Source: Bacillota bacterium
GTDB taxonomy: Bacteria; Macinerneyibacteriota; Macinerneyibacteria; Macinerneyibacteriales; DSCS01
Length of the DNA: 64,000 nucleotides
Assembly: GCA_011048995.1 (NCBI GenBank)
Contig: DSCS01000057.1
Location: 2,541-66,540 of the forward strand
Reading direction: 5' to 3'
Both the position numbers and the translations under genes were made by a program. Below are positions 1-9,110 of this stretch, one piece after another. The notes below the pieces were generated by a model. It worked only from the letters and a program-made list of their open reading frames with translations, ran no database searches and had not been told where the DNA came from. Position 1 is the stretch's first letter. The number at the start of each line of letters is the position of its first letter.

Positions 1-911
1 GGCGCCGGCAAAGGCTCAGCCATCTCCCCGGGGGCTGTCAGAACCGGGATAAAGGAAGAAGTATCGGGGAAGGAGTGAAAAAAGGGACGGATCTCGGCCA
101 TGCTTTCTCCCACTTTTTCCAAAAGTGAGATCTTTTCGGCAAAGATCGTTTCCGGGTCCTCTTGAGTCACCAAAAAAGCTTCCCATGAAGGATCGGCCAT
201 GTCTGTCAACGCAGAGTAGCCCTTATAAATTTTCGGAAAGTCTCTCTCAATCCCGGGATAGGTCTCTTTTTCCATAAATTCAAGCACAGGAATATGCTCT
301 TTAAGCCCTTCAAAATCCAGGGATTCATCAAAAAGGATCTCTTTCAACGGGTAGATAAGGGCTCTGTTACAGGGAGATGCTGTCACCTGTGTGTCGGGAT
401 TGTAAAAACGTATACTCTCGATCTCTTTATCCCAGAAAACTAAGCGGTAGGGCCGTATTTCTGTGGGACAAAAAATATCAACGATTTCCCCTCTCACTGC
501 AAACTGCCCCGGATAACGGGCTTCATAGACTCGTTCATATCCCATGCGGGATAGTTTTTTGATTAAGAAGTCATGACCCATACTCGTTGAAGGAACTAAA
601 TCCAGTATATAACGGCTTAAAAGGTCAAGAGGAAGGAGTTTCTGATAAAGGCCCGCCACCGAAGTGATGACAGTCACCCGGGTTGACGTGAGCATGGCAT
701 GGATCGTCCGGCATCGGGAAGCACATTTCTCCTTATCGCCCACAAAAGCCTCAAAAGGGAGGATCTCCCACGGATAGAAAAGAAAAGCCTCTTTACAGAG
801 ACCTTCAAAGGCCATAGCTTCATCAATCGTCTCAAAAACAATAAGTTTCTTTAAGGAAGGCCGGGACCTCAGAATATGATGAAGATGGCCCCGGGATGCA
901 GCATTGATCAT
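1..911 (-). CDS. mfd: Transcription-repair coupling factor Mfd, N-terminal about 303 aa. The gene continues past the left window edge.
   Basis: Hand translation of the minus strand is open from the ATG at 911-909 to base 1. It reads MINAASRGHLHHILRSRPSLKKLIVFETIDEAMAFEG...RYPGQFAVRGEIVDIFCPTEIRPYRLVFWDKEIESIRFYNPDTQ, which matches the UvrB-homology domain of Mfd. There is no Walker A motif in the first 300 aa, which argues for Mfd rather than UvrB. It is missing from the ORF track because it has no in-window stop. Confidence 0.7.
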   Translation of the reverse strand, partial: MINAASRGHLHHILRSRPSLKKLIVFETIDEAMAFEGLCKEAFLFYPWEILPFEAFVGDKEKCASRCRTIHAMLTSTRVTVITSVAGLYQKLLPLDLLSRYILDLVPSTSMGHDFLIKKLSRMGYERVYEARYPGQFAVRGEIVDIFCPTEIRPYRLVFWDKEIESIRFYNPDTQVTASPCNRALIYPLKEILFDESLDFEGLKEHIPVLEFMEKETYPGIERDFPKIYKGYSALTDMADPSWEAFLVTQEDPETIFAEKISLLEKVGESMAEIRPFFHSFPDTSSFIPVLTAPGEMAEPLPA

Positions 912-947
912 GAATGTCCTTACTTTGAATATCCCCTATGTTGCAAG

Positions 948-2603
948 CTATTCTCCCGTGAAAAGGTACCGTTTGATCTTCCGAGTCGATGTCTTGGGAA
1001 ATTCTTCATGACGAAGTGAGATGCCCCTGACCCTTTTATACTGAGCCAGGTGATGATTTAATTTATCGATCTCATGCTTAAGCAAAGTAATGATCTTTTC
1101 ATCATCGGGATATTCCATATGGTTTTCAGCCGCCCATTCTTCAAGTTTTTCGGTGTTGGGGTAGATAATGGCTTCGGGATGATCTTTTCCCACAACCAAA
1201 ACTTCCTCGATATACGGACATTGGATGAGTATTTCTTCGAGCTCTTCCGGATAGATATTTTTCCCGGCGCTGGAGACAATGACATTTTTCAGCCGGCCCT
1301 TAATGTTGACTCGCCCTTTTTTGTCAATGAAGCCGTAATCCCCCGTATAAAACCAGCCCTGTTTGAGGACTTCGGCCGTTTTCTCCGGTTCTTTATAATA
1401 GCCTTTCATAATATTATCACCCCGGGCGACGATCTCTCCGACGCCTGTTTCATCGGGATTAAAGATGCGTATCTTGACACCCCGAAGAGGCTTTCCGACG
1501 GAGTTGAAGTCGATATCTTCAGGGTCGACGGCGGCTAAAACAGGAGAGGTCTCCGTCAAACCGTAACCCTGGATGATAGGAATGCCTAAAAGAAAAAAGA
1601 ACCGGCTGACATGGGAAGGCATGGCGGCACCGCCGGCAACAAAAAAATCAATGTTTTCAAAACCGGCCTTTTCCAAAAGGGGTTTAAAGATCTTCTTTGT
1701 CCCATTCAGGCTTTTGTCAAAAAGGCGCCGTGTCCGGGCGATAAAAAAAAGAATTCTAACCACTATTTTACGCAGCGGAGGGAGTTTGCCGATATTCGTT
1801 TGAATGGTATTATAGATCTTTTCGAAAACGAGCGGAACACCGACCATTTTTGTAACCCCGGTATCGCCCATGGCTTTGACAATATCCCGGTTCGCCAGAG
1901 AAGGAGAAAAGGTGATCAATGAGCCGCTGAAAACAGGTGTCAGAAATCCGGCCGTTCCCTCATAGGCATGGTGAAGGGGCAAAATCGAAAGAAGATTATC
2001 CTCAGGCTGAATCTGAAGGCGCTCCCGGATCGCCAGCAAATTGGAAGTCAAATTTTTATGGGTCAGGATAACACCTTTTGTTTTGCCGGTGGTTCCGGAA
2101 GTATAAAGAAAAACAGCCGGATCGTCGGGGTCCATGTCAGGAAGTCCTGGAATATCACAAGGATCCTTAAAGAGGGAATAAAAACCCCCCTTCCCGTCAG
2201 GCCCTAATTCAAAAGAGTCTTGCAGTTGAGACATCTCATCTTTTGTGGAAAGAATATCTTCAAGAAATTTCCCCTCGGCAAAAACACCCTTCATATCAGA
2301 ATCATTGATGATATGGATGATCTCATGAAGACCCAGCAAACGGTCAATGGGAACAGCAATAAACCCGTACAGCATGCAGGCAGCATAGACCATGGCCCAC
2401 TCCGGAGTGTTATTGCCGACAATACCGACCTTATCCCCTTTTTCATAACCTTTTTTGCGGAGAAGGGCTCCCAGTTTTAATGCATAACTTAAATACTCCC
2501 CGTAGGTAAAAGAGACATATTCCCCGTTTCGGAAAATCTGCAAAGCCTTGCGTCCCTCAAAAGTTTTCCCGTTTTGTAAAAAGAGATCCTGTAATGTCCT
2601 CAT
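948..2603 (-). CDS. Long-chain acyl-CoA synthetase, AMP-dependent synthetase/ligase family.
   Basis: 551 aa. The AMP-binding motif YTSGTTGKTKGV is present, with PKG and DRxK-like C-terminal motifs. The start ATGA overlaps the upstream STAS gene's stop by 4 nt. Confidence 0.8.
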   Translation of the reverse strand: MRTLQDLFLQNGKTFEGRKALQIFRNGEYVSFTYGEYLSYALKLGALLRKKGYEKGDKVGIVGNNTPEWAMVYAACMLYGFIAVPIDRLLGLHEIIHIINDSDMKGVFAEGKFLEDILSTKDEMSQLQDSFELGPDGKGGFYSLFKDPCDIPGLPDMDPDDPAVFLYTSGTTGKTKGVILTHKNLTSNLLAIRERLQIQPEDNLLSILPLHHAYEGTAGFLTPVFSGSLITFSPSLANRDIVKAMGDTGVTKMVGVPLVFEKIYNTIQTNIGKLPPLRKIVVRILFFIARTRRLFDKSLNGTKKIFKPLLEKAGFENIDFFVAGGAAMPSHVSRFFFLLGIPIIQGYGLTETSPVLAAVDPEDIDFNSVGKPLRGVKIRIFNPDETGVGEIVARGDNIMKGYYKEPEKTAEVLKQGWFYTGDYGFIDKKGRVNIKGRLKNVIVSSAGKNIYPEELEEILIQCPYIEEVLVVGKDHPEAIIYPNTEKLEEWAAENHMEYPDDEKIITLLKHEIDKLNHHLAQYKRVRGISLRHEEFPKTSTRKIKRYLFTGE

Positions 2604-2944
2604 AAAGCGACCTTTCTTTTGGCTTCGTCCAATGTGTCATATATTTTAAAGATCTTGTTAAACCCGGCCAGACTCAAAATCTTTTCAATTTTCGGTGTAG
2701 GCGATGCTAAGGCCAGCTCTCCACTGTTCTTATTGAGAATTGAGCGCGCTGCCAAAAAAGAACCCATTCCGGCGCTGTCCACATATTCCACCCGGCTGAG
2801 GTCAAATATGACAAAAACGGTGCCCTTCGGCAAAAGAACATCTTTGACCATCTGAATGACGGCCGGCTCATCATTCACGTTAATATTTCCTGTAAATAAA
2901 ACGACCGCAGTCTTGCCGGTTTCTTCAGTGACGCTCCATTCCAT
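2600..2944 (-). CDS. STAS-domain anti-sigma-factor antagonist (RsbV/SpoIIAA-like).
   Basis: 114 aa. The STAS signature DLSRVEYVDSAGMGSFL carries the phosphorylatable Ser. There is a 20-nt overlap with the upstream kinase gene. Confidence 0.8.
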   Translation of the reverse strand: MEWSVTEETGKTAVVLFTGNINVNDEPAVIQMVKDVLLPKGTVFVIFDLSRVEYVDSAGMGSFLAARSILNKNSGELALASPTPKIEKILSLAGFNKIFKIYDTLDEAKRKVAL

Positions 2945-3383
2945 TCTTTCCTCCTCTGCAGGCTATACGCATCTTCAAAACAGTCTCCCCGGGGTGGAAA
3001 CTGTATTCCACTTGGTCCATCAGCCTCTTCATCAGAAAAATACCCCGTCCTCCCGGTAAAGCAATATTATCAGGGTGAGTCGGGTCGGCCAGGCTCTCAG
3101 GGAAAAACCCGGTGCCTCTGTCCTTTATGGTAATATGAAGTTCCGTATCTGTCAAAAGAAGTTCCATATCCACGTTGAGTCCGGGGTCTTCTTTGTTTCC
3201 GTGTTTTACGGCATTGACAATTCCCTCGACAAGGGCCAAAAAGATCTCATCCGTGCACAGCCCGCTTCCTGATGCGAAGTCAGACATAAACTTGCGGTAA
3301 AACAGCTCAATAGGAGAAAGATAGGTCGTTTGGCTGGGGAAACTTAACATTAACCGCGGCATATCACTCTCTTCGGAAGACAA
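2925..3383 (-). CDS. Anti-sigma regulatory serine kinase (RsbW/SpoIIAB-like, HATPase_c).
   Basis: 152 aa. An N-box VNAVKHG, a G1 box DRGTGF and a G2 box GGRGIFLMKRL are present. The gene overlaps both neighbours. Confidence 0.75.
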   Translation of the reverse strand: MSSEESDMPRLMLSFPSQTTYLSPIELFYRKFMSDFASGSGLCTDEIFLALVEGIVNAVKHGNKEDPGLNVDMELLLTDTELHITIKDRGTGFFPESLADPTHPDNIALPGGRGIFLMKRLMDQVEYSFHPGETVLKMRIACRGGKNGMERH

Positions 3384-4608
3384 GCAATGTCATATCATCA
3401 CCCGGTTTGTCATCGGCGAAATTCAGAGCCTGCTCAAAGAGAAGACGGCTCAAGGCCCCCGGAGTCATTGAGCGGCCCTTTTTCAGGTCTTTCTCGAATT
3501 CTTTTTCCCCGTAAAGATTCTCATCGTCATCCATGGCTTCAGTAATCCCGTCTGTGTAAAGGACCAGAGAGCCGCCGCTCTTTAATTTCAGATGATGCGT
3601 CGAAAATTCGTAACCGTCCATGATCCCCAAAGGGATATCATTGCTCTCTAAAAAGAGAGGAAGCCCTTCACAAGAGAGCAAAACAGGATAATTATGGCCG
3701 GCATTGATAAATTCCACATCATGATTTTCTGTATTGAGTATCCCCAGGATCAGTGTGACAAAACGCTGGGCTTCCGTATCATTGAAAATTGACTTGTTCA
3801 GCAGAGAGACGATATCCTTTAACTTCATATGGAAACGCACAGCCGAGTGAAGATACGCCCGCAGTGTACTCATCACTAAAGCAGCAGGGGCCCCCTTTCC
3901 CGAAACGTCGGCGACAACAAATAAAACATGATGCTCTCCATAAGGCAAAACATCATAATAGTCCCCTCCCACATTGCGGCAGGCCCGGTATTGCGCTACA
4001 TAGTCATATCCCTTAATCCGTATATCGTTTCTGGGGAGGAGACGCTCCTGTATTTCACCGGCGATCCTTAAATCAGCCTCCATCCGCTCTTTATCCAGGG
4101 CATCTTTATGCCACATGGCGTTCTTCAGATTCAAGGCGGCCAGGTCTGCAAAAGTCTGCAACAGGCTGAGTTCTTTTTCGGTAAATGAGCCTCCGTTTTC
4201 TTTGTTTAACACTTCAATAAGTCCTATGGCTTGTCCATTGATCCAGACAGGCACGCCGATAATCGATTTTGTCACAAATTCACTTTTCTTGTCGACGCCC
4301 TGAAAAAAACGAGGGTCAGACGAAACATCTTTGACCAGCAAAGGCTTTTTGTTTTGAATGATCCATCCGGCAATGCCTTTGTCGGCAGGAAACCGGATCT
4401 CTTTAATCCTCTCGCCTTTGTCTCCTGTGGCCACATCGAAATAGAGTTCATTCTTTTCTTTATCAAGAAAAATAAGAGAGCTGGCTTCCGCTTTAAAGAC
4501 CGCTTTGGCCTGCTCCATGATCACCGCTTTGATGTGGTCGAAATCCAAAGAAGCATTGAGAAGTTTCACAACATCAAGTAGTTTTCTGTATTGGCTTTGT
4601 TCCGCCAT
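3364..4608 (-). CDS. GAF-domain PP2C (SpoIIE/RsbU-type) serine phosphatase.
   Basis: 414 aa. An N-terminal GAF domain is followed by PPM motifs (CRNVGGDYYDV, DVSGKGAPAALVMS, LYTDGITEA). Confidence 0.8.
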   Translation of the reverse strand: MAEQSQYRKLLDVVKLLNASLDFDHIKAVIMEQAKAVFKAEASSLIFLDKEKNELYFDVATGDKGERIKEIRFPADKGIAGWIIQNKKPLLVKDVSSDPRFFQGVDKKSEFVTKSIIGVPVWINGQAIGLIEVLNKENGGSFTEKELSLLQTFADLAALNLKNAMWHKDALDKERMEADLRIAGEIQERLLPRNDIRIKGYDYVAQYRACRNVGGDYYDVLPYGEHHVLFVVADVSGKGAPAALVMSTLRAYLHSAVRFHMKLKDIVSLLNKSIFNDTEAQRFVTLILGILNTENHDVEFINAGHNYPVLLSCEGLPLFLESNDIPLGIMDGYEFSTHHLKLKSGGSLVLYTDGITEAMDDDENLYGEKEFEKDLKKGRSMTPGALSRLLFEQALNFADDKPGDDMTLLVFRRE

Positions 4609-6787
4609 TACGTCCCTCCCGTTCCCATTGAGTCAATAATTTAATATAGCCGTTGAGCTTTTCTTTGGCAACCAGTAATTCAGCGGCTTTTTCTTCCTCA
4701 TCGTCCACAATATCCGGGGAAGCTTTGTTGAGGAAATCAAAGTTAAAAAGCAGACTTCTTTTTTCAAGGATCCGCCTGTCCAGCTCCCTGCGCTGTTGCA
4801 TGAGGTCCTCCAGCCGCCCGGCTATTCTGGATTTATCATAGACGGGAATATAGACAGCCCATTTATCCACTGAAAGTTTCAGGCTTTTTCGCGGAATCTC
4901 TTTGCCGGAGGCAAATTTCAGCTCTGTAATATTAAGAAAACGCGTAATATAAAACATGTTGCGGTTTAAAATATCTTCCAGCCCGCCCCCGGGGCTTGTC
5001 ACAAAGACATCCAGCGGCTCATCGGGACTGATATTCAAAATCGCTTTGCCGTCCATCACACGGTCGATCAAATCCAGAATAATATGATCCCTGTTCAACT
5101 CTTCACGAAAATGATAATCCTCCCGGTACACCGGAACATGTCCTGTGCCGGAATCCGTCTGGGCGAAAGGCGCCAGGCAATACTTGATGATCCCAAAAGC
5201 GTAAGAGCAGTTTTTAAAAACAGCAGGATCTTCGTCAGCCTGGATTTTTTTCAAAAAAGGGTAGACACGGCGGTCTAAAGTGAACATGAGATGAGCCAGC
5301 TTTTTGAGATAGGCGAACAGCTCTCCTGACACAAGAGCTTGTCCCCCTTCTAAAATAAACTCTTCTAATTCCGTAAGAATCAGTTTATCAATGTAAAAAT
5401 CCGTTCTGATATCAACATGGCCCGGTTCATCTGTCCCTTTTCTGTTAAAGAGACGCTCCCAGCGATTAAGAAAAGAGTGAATGCCTCTGTCCGTCAGTAC
5501 GACTTCGTTTTTATCATCTCCTCTGAGAAATGAAAGGGGAGATTTCTCTGCAAGCCCTGCAGGAACTCCCTGCTCTTCTTCGATACGGGAAGAATCAAGT
5601 ACGATGATTCGGCTTTCATATTTTGCACTTTCCGGCATCATTATTTTTTCGAAAAAAGAAATCCGCTCGGCGACATGGGCTTTCTCTTCTTCCAGGAGAA
5701 CCAGATAATCCGCCTGATTCTCCCAAAGAAGAGGCAAAAGCAGGTTCCTCAAATGATCGTTGAAGAGCAAGTCGCTCGTTTTCGTCTCAGCCCCGCATAT
5801 CGGACATTTCTCTCCTTCATCCCCTGCCCAGGAGCACGAAGGGCATAAGCGGAAGGGAAACGTCACCGGCCCCGGATGTGAATCGGGCCAGCCTTCATGG
5901 GATGTCAGGATAAAGGGTGCAGTCTTGGGAGGCTCCCCCAAAACCATTTCAGCCTTTTCTCCGGAGACGATAAGATGCTCCGCTAAAAGATTCTGTGTCA
6001 GGCTTCCGCATTGACGGCAACGGAGGACATCCACATCCTGCTCAACAGTTTGCGATAAAGCACCATATGAAGCCAGATCCGATAAAAGACGGCTGCGGTC
6101 ATTTTTATATTGAGAAAGCAATTTTGATGAGCCGTCCTTCTCCTTTTGTGATTCATACAAAAAGTCAAAAGAATAATAGCGGGTATAATATTCGGGCCTG
6201 TTGATATCATCGATTTTCAAAATAGGAATGTGATGCCCCAAGATAGGAACAACGCCTTTTCTATCGGCATATTTTTCCATGTTCCGCACACCCACAGCTT
6301 TGATGTAAAGCAGAGCCAAAGGATCTGTAAATGTGAAGATCAGGGGCTCAGCTGAAGCCGTGACGTTCATCTTCATCACAAAAGATTGATGTGTCTCTCG
6401 GCGGGAAAGGGTTTCATAATCTTCTAAAACACGCCCGCATAGGGGGCAGTAATGACCTTTAACGTTTTTTCGGTTCACCATCTCTTTACGGACAAGCTCT
6501 TTAATGAGCCGTCCGATAAAAGCTTCTCGGATTTTTTTATCCAGCGGAAAAGGCAAGGCGCCGAACCGAACACCGGGGCCGCCGGCCATCGCTTTTTTCA
6601 TCTGGTCCTTCTGTTCTTTTTCGCATAGGATCAAATCATAATAACCGGGAGGTTCTTTTTGAAAAGCAGAAAGGCCCTGATGCAAAAAATAGCTGTAGAC
6701 CAACGGATAGAGGCTTCCGGTGGTAATTCTTTTTGAAGTCAAAGGAGGATAATAGATCATGCCCTTTTTCTTTTTTTTAACGGCCAT
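4574..6787 (-). CDS. Large uncharacterised protein, 738 aa, with four CxxC pairs that probably form two zinc ribbons.
   Basis: The motifs are CPLCG, CRQCG, CPSCS and CPICG. No Walker A, HExxH or radical-SAM motif is present. I chose the ATG at 6787 because it follows AGGAGG; the track begins at an upstream alternative start at 6856. The gene overlaps AMMECR1 by 11 nt and the phosphatase gene by 35 nt. Confidence 0.55.
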   Translation of the reverse strand: MAVKKKKKGMIYYPPLTSKRITTGSLYPLVYSYFLHQGLSAFQKEPPGYYDLILCEKEQKDQMKKAMAGGPGVRFGALPFPLDKKIREAFIGRLIKELVRKEMVNRKNVKGHYCPLCGRVLEDYETLSRRETHQSFVMKMNVTASAEPLIFTFTDPLALLYIKAVGVRNMEKYADRKGVVPILGHHIPILKIDDINRPEYYTRYYSFDFLYESQKEKDGSSKLLSQYKNDRSRLLSDLASYGALSQTVEQDVDVLRCRQCGSLTQNLLAEHLIVSGEKAEMVLGEPPKTAPFILTSHEGWPDSHPGPVTFPFRLCPSCSWAGDEGEKCPICGAETKTSDLLFNDHLRNLLLPLLWENQADYLVLLEEEKAHVAERISFFEKIMMPESAKYESRIIVLDSSRIEEEQGVPAGLAEKSPLSFLRGDDKNEVVLTDRGIHSFLNRWERLFNRKGTDEPGHVDIRTDFYIDKLILTELEEFILEGGQALVSGELFAYLKKLAHLMFTLDRRVYPFLKKIQADEDPAVFKNCSYAFGIIKYCLAPFAQTDSGTGHVPVYREDYHFREELNRDHIILDLIDRVMDGKAILNISPDEPLDVFVTSPGGGLEDILNRNMFYITRFLNITELKFASGKEIPRKSLKLSVDKWAVYIPVYDKSRIAGRLEDLMQQRRELDRRILEKRSLLFNFDFLNKASPDIVDDEEEKAAELLVAKEKLNGYIKLLTQWEREGRNGGTKPIQKTT

Positions 6788-7340
6788 GCGCCTCCTTTTC
6801 CGAAAAGATCTCTGCTGTGAAAAGGTAGACTTCTGTTCCGGGTTCCCCCAACACATCGGAAGAAAGGCCGGCTTTCAGACATGTATTCTCTAAAAACTCA
6901 TCTCTGTCCCAATGATACTCTGTCGCCACCTGAGGGAGAAGCAAGCCGGAGCGATGATTCCTGCGGATGAAAAGCCCGTGAAGCCCGATCTTAATCTCTT
7001 CGAAATCCCGAACCTCTTTCAACGGAGAAAGAAGCGAGATCTCAATCTGCAGATCCGGCAGCTCTTCGCGCATCAAGGGGGAAAAACGGGGGTCTTGAAA
7101 GGCAGCTTCACGGGCCAGATATATTACGGCTTCCTTCATGGGTTGTACGCCTGTGATATACCCGATGCATCCCCTTAGCCGCCCGTGTATTGTCAACGTT
7201 ACAAATAGCCCGCATTTTTCTTCATAAAGAGTGTTTTTCTCTAAAGGCTCAATGGGAAGAGAGGGATCGAAGACTGAAGCAATACTTTGACGGGCTCTAC
7301 ATAACAGAGCTTTTTTGTGATAGTCCTTCAGCTTTTGCAT
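6777..7340 (-). CDS. AMMECR1-domain protein (AmmeMemoRadiSam system protein A homolog).
   Basis: 187 aa with the conserved LRGCIGYI motif. Confidence 0.8.
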   Translation of the reverse strand: MQKLKDYHKKALLCRARQSIASVFDPSLPIEPLEKNTLYEEKCGLFVTLTIHGRLRGCIGYITGVQPMKEAVIYLAREAAFQDPRFSPLMREELPDLQIEISLLSPLKEVRDFEEIKIGLHGLFIRRNHRSGLLLPQVATEYHWDRDEFLENTCLKAGLSSDVLGEPGTEVYLFTAEIFSEKEAHGR

Positions 7341-8304
7341 GTCCGGCCCTCCTCTTTCTCTTCCAATTTATGAAAAAAACCGCCAAAGCCCAGAGGAATA
7401 AGATGATGATGATGAAATTCATAATCCCACCCAGGTAGAGGTATTTCTTTTTATATCGGAATTGCCGCTCGTGAGCAGCCTTGAATTGGGCATCGCCGAA
7501 ATAGCACATCTCTTTATGATCAGGAGAATAGACATCGATTATGCCTCTGGCATTATCGCTGACAAAAGCATACCCGTTGAATACAGCCAAAGAAGCCGGC
7601 AGGCGGTATTTTTCCGAAGTCTCTTTTATATAGACATTCTCATGCGGGACATAAACACAATAGCGGGAAGAGAAATAATCCCTGTCGGCAAACAGAAAGT
7701 GCAGAAGGCCGTTCACATCGACGGCCTGAAGAATTGTCCCGTCCTGAGGAAGGCGATCAAACGCGAAATGTTCATTGCCGTAAAGCCCGTAGATATGATG
7801 ATGTTCCCGCTCTGAATAATACAATATCCCCTGCCATTGGAAAACTGTGTACGGGCGGGCCTTCGTCTGTAAAGTCTCAATGAATTCCCCGTCAGCATCA
7901 AAGATATCGATTTTTTTCTCTTTGGCCCGCACAGCGAATATTTTATCATCAACGGCGGAAACATTGATATAATCGTTGCCCTCAAAACTTTTTTGCGTGT
8001 TAAACCACAGATCATAAAGAACAAAGCACCGGCTTTCGCGATGATAAATACCGGGCCGGCCCGACAGGAAGAAAAAAGAATCAGGCTTGTTTGTAAAAGA
8101 GAATTCCATGATTTTATCCCCATTCAGGGTATAGCCCTGTATAGACTGTTCTTCCAGCACATAGAGCGTATCATCGTTTACCGCGATGGTTGTGATTCCC
8201 GGGGCTTTTTGAAATCTGTCAATAGCAATAAAATGAACAGCGACGGCAGCCAACATAAGCCCGATGATGATAAGGGCCTGAATATTAAGTTTTTTTTCAC
8301 TCAT
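7297..8304 (-). CDS. Hypothetical membrane-anchored protein with N- and C-terminal TM helices and a beta-rich, propeller-like ectodomain.
   Basis: 335 aa. A hydrophobic helix is present at each end, with repetitive aromatic/Gly/Asp-rich blocks between. No family could be assigned. Confidence 0.45.
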   Translation of the reverse strand: MSEKKLNIQALIIIGLMLAAVAVHFIAIDRFQKAPGITTIAVNDDTLYVLEEQSIQGYTLNGDKIMEFSFTNKPDSFFFLSGRPGIYHRESRCFVLYDLWFNTQKSFEGNDYINVSAVDDKIFAVRAKEKKIDIFDADGEFIETLQTKARPYTVFQWQGILYYSEREHHHIYGLYGNEHFAFDRLPQDGTILQAVDVNGLLHFLFADRDYFSSRYCVYVPHENVYIKETSEKYRLPASLAVFNGYAFVSDNARGIIDVYSPDHKEMCYFGDAQFKAAHERQFRYKKKYLYLGGIMNFIIIILFLWALAVFFINWKRKRRAGHAKAEGLSQKSSVM

Positions 8305-8626
8305 CGCCTACACCAAAAACCTCTTTAAGGAAATCATTCATCAGATCTTCACTGTTTTCAGTAGGAACGACCTGGCTGATCTCATCGCTTTCGGCATTGC
8401 GAATCGTCGACATGACCTCTTTGTGCTGTTCGACAAGTTTTTCTTCTATCTTTTTAACTATTTTTTCAGGATCGCCGTTAATGATCAGTTTCTTTTTTTT
8501 GCTCCCGATAATGGCTCCATTATCAAAAATAAGGGTCACAATGGTGTTATTGGACGGCATGTATTCTGTCTGAACATGCACTTTCCTGTCTTTGAAGTCA
8601 ACATCGCTGTTTCGGCCCTGAATCAT
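8297..8626 (-). CDS. Hypothetical small protein, 109 aa.
   Basis: The ORF is wedged between rimI and the downstream gene, overlapping both (29 nt and 8 nt), which supports a real, translationally coupled gene. No family could be recognised. Confidence 0.45.
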   Translation of the reverse strand: MIQGRNSDVDFKDRKVHVQTEYMPSNNTIVTLIFDNGAIIGSKKKKLIINGDPEKIVKKIEEKLVEQHKEVMSTIRNAESDEISQVVPTENSEDLMNDFLKEVFGVGDE

Positions 8627-9110
8627 TCGCGTCCTCCCTTATATGGTGAATTATATCATCATTATCTTTCGTTTCAAGAATTAGTTGCATTAACAAAGCA
8701 TCCTCTCCCGTATCAGTGTAATAGCGGGGCCTGATACCCGCTCTTTCAAATCCCCGAGAGGCATACAACGCGAGAGCCGACACATTGCTTTTTCTGACCT
8801 CCAGATGAACCACACCGGCCCCTCTTCGGGACATTTCCTGTAAAGACGCATCCAACAGAGATCCCCCGAGGCCTTGCCTGCGATACTCCGGTAGGACTGC
8901 AAAATCGGCGATGTGCCCTTCTTCGAATAACACCCAATTCAAGCTGAACCCCGCAAGACGTTCTTCATCAAAGATCCCCAGAAAAAAAGCATACGATTTC
9001 AAAAATTCGGCGTTCAGCATCTCTCTTGTCCAGGGAAGAGTAAAAGAGTCTGCCTCAACAGCAAAAATGTCCTCCAGGGACTCTTTATGAAGAAGGGTGA
9101 TTCTTCTCAT
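8598..9110 (-). CDS. rimI: Ribosomal-protein-alanine N-acetyltransferase RimI (GNAT).
   Basis: The GNAT motif A reads EYRRQGLGGSLL. Its position next to tsaB and tsaE is classic. The start is taken at the internal Met (MRRITLL). Confidence 0.8.
   Translation of the reverse strand: MRRITLLHKESLEDIFAVEADSFTLPWTREMLNAEFLKSYAFFLGIFDEERLAGFSLNWVLFEEGHIADFAVLPEYRRQGLGGSLLDASLQEMSRRGAGVVHLEVRKSNVSALALYASRGFERAGIRPRYYTDTGEDALLMQLILETKDNDDIIHHIREDANDSGPKQRC

Noticed and set aside
377-562. A 61-aa plus-strand ORF in the first kilobase.
   Set aside because: It lies antisense within the continuous Mfd reading frame and has no RBS, so it is spurious.
1074-1538. A 154-aa plus-strand ORF.
   Set aside because: It is antisense to the AMP-binding ligase CDS. 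The same holds for most other track ORFs nested in larger genes. These include 15806-16639, 24343-24996, 25114-25596, 33145-33726, 38138-38611, 39898-40536, 52717-53061 and 54255-54821.
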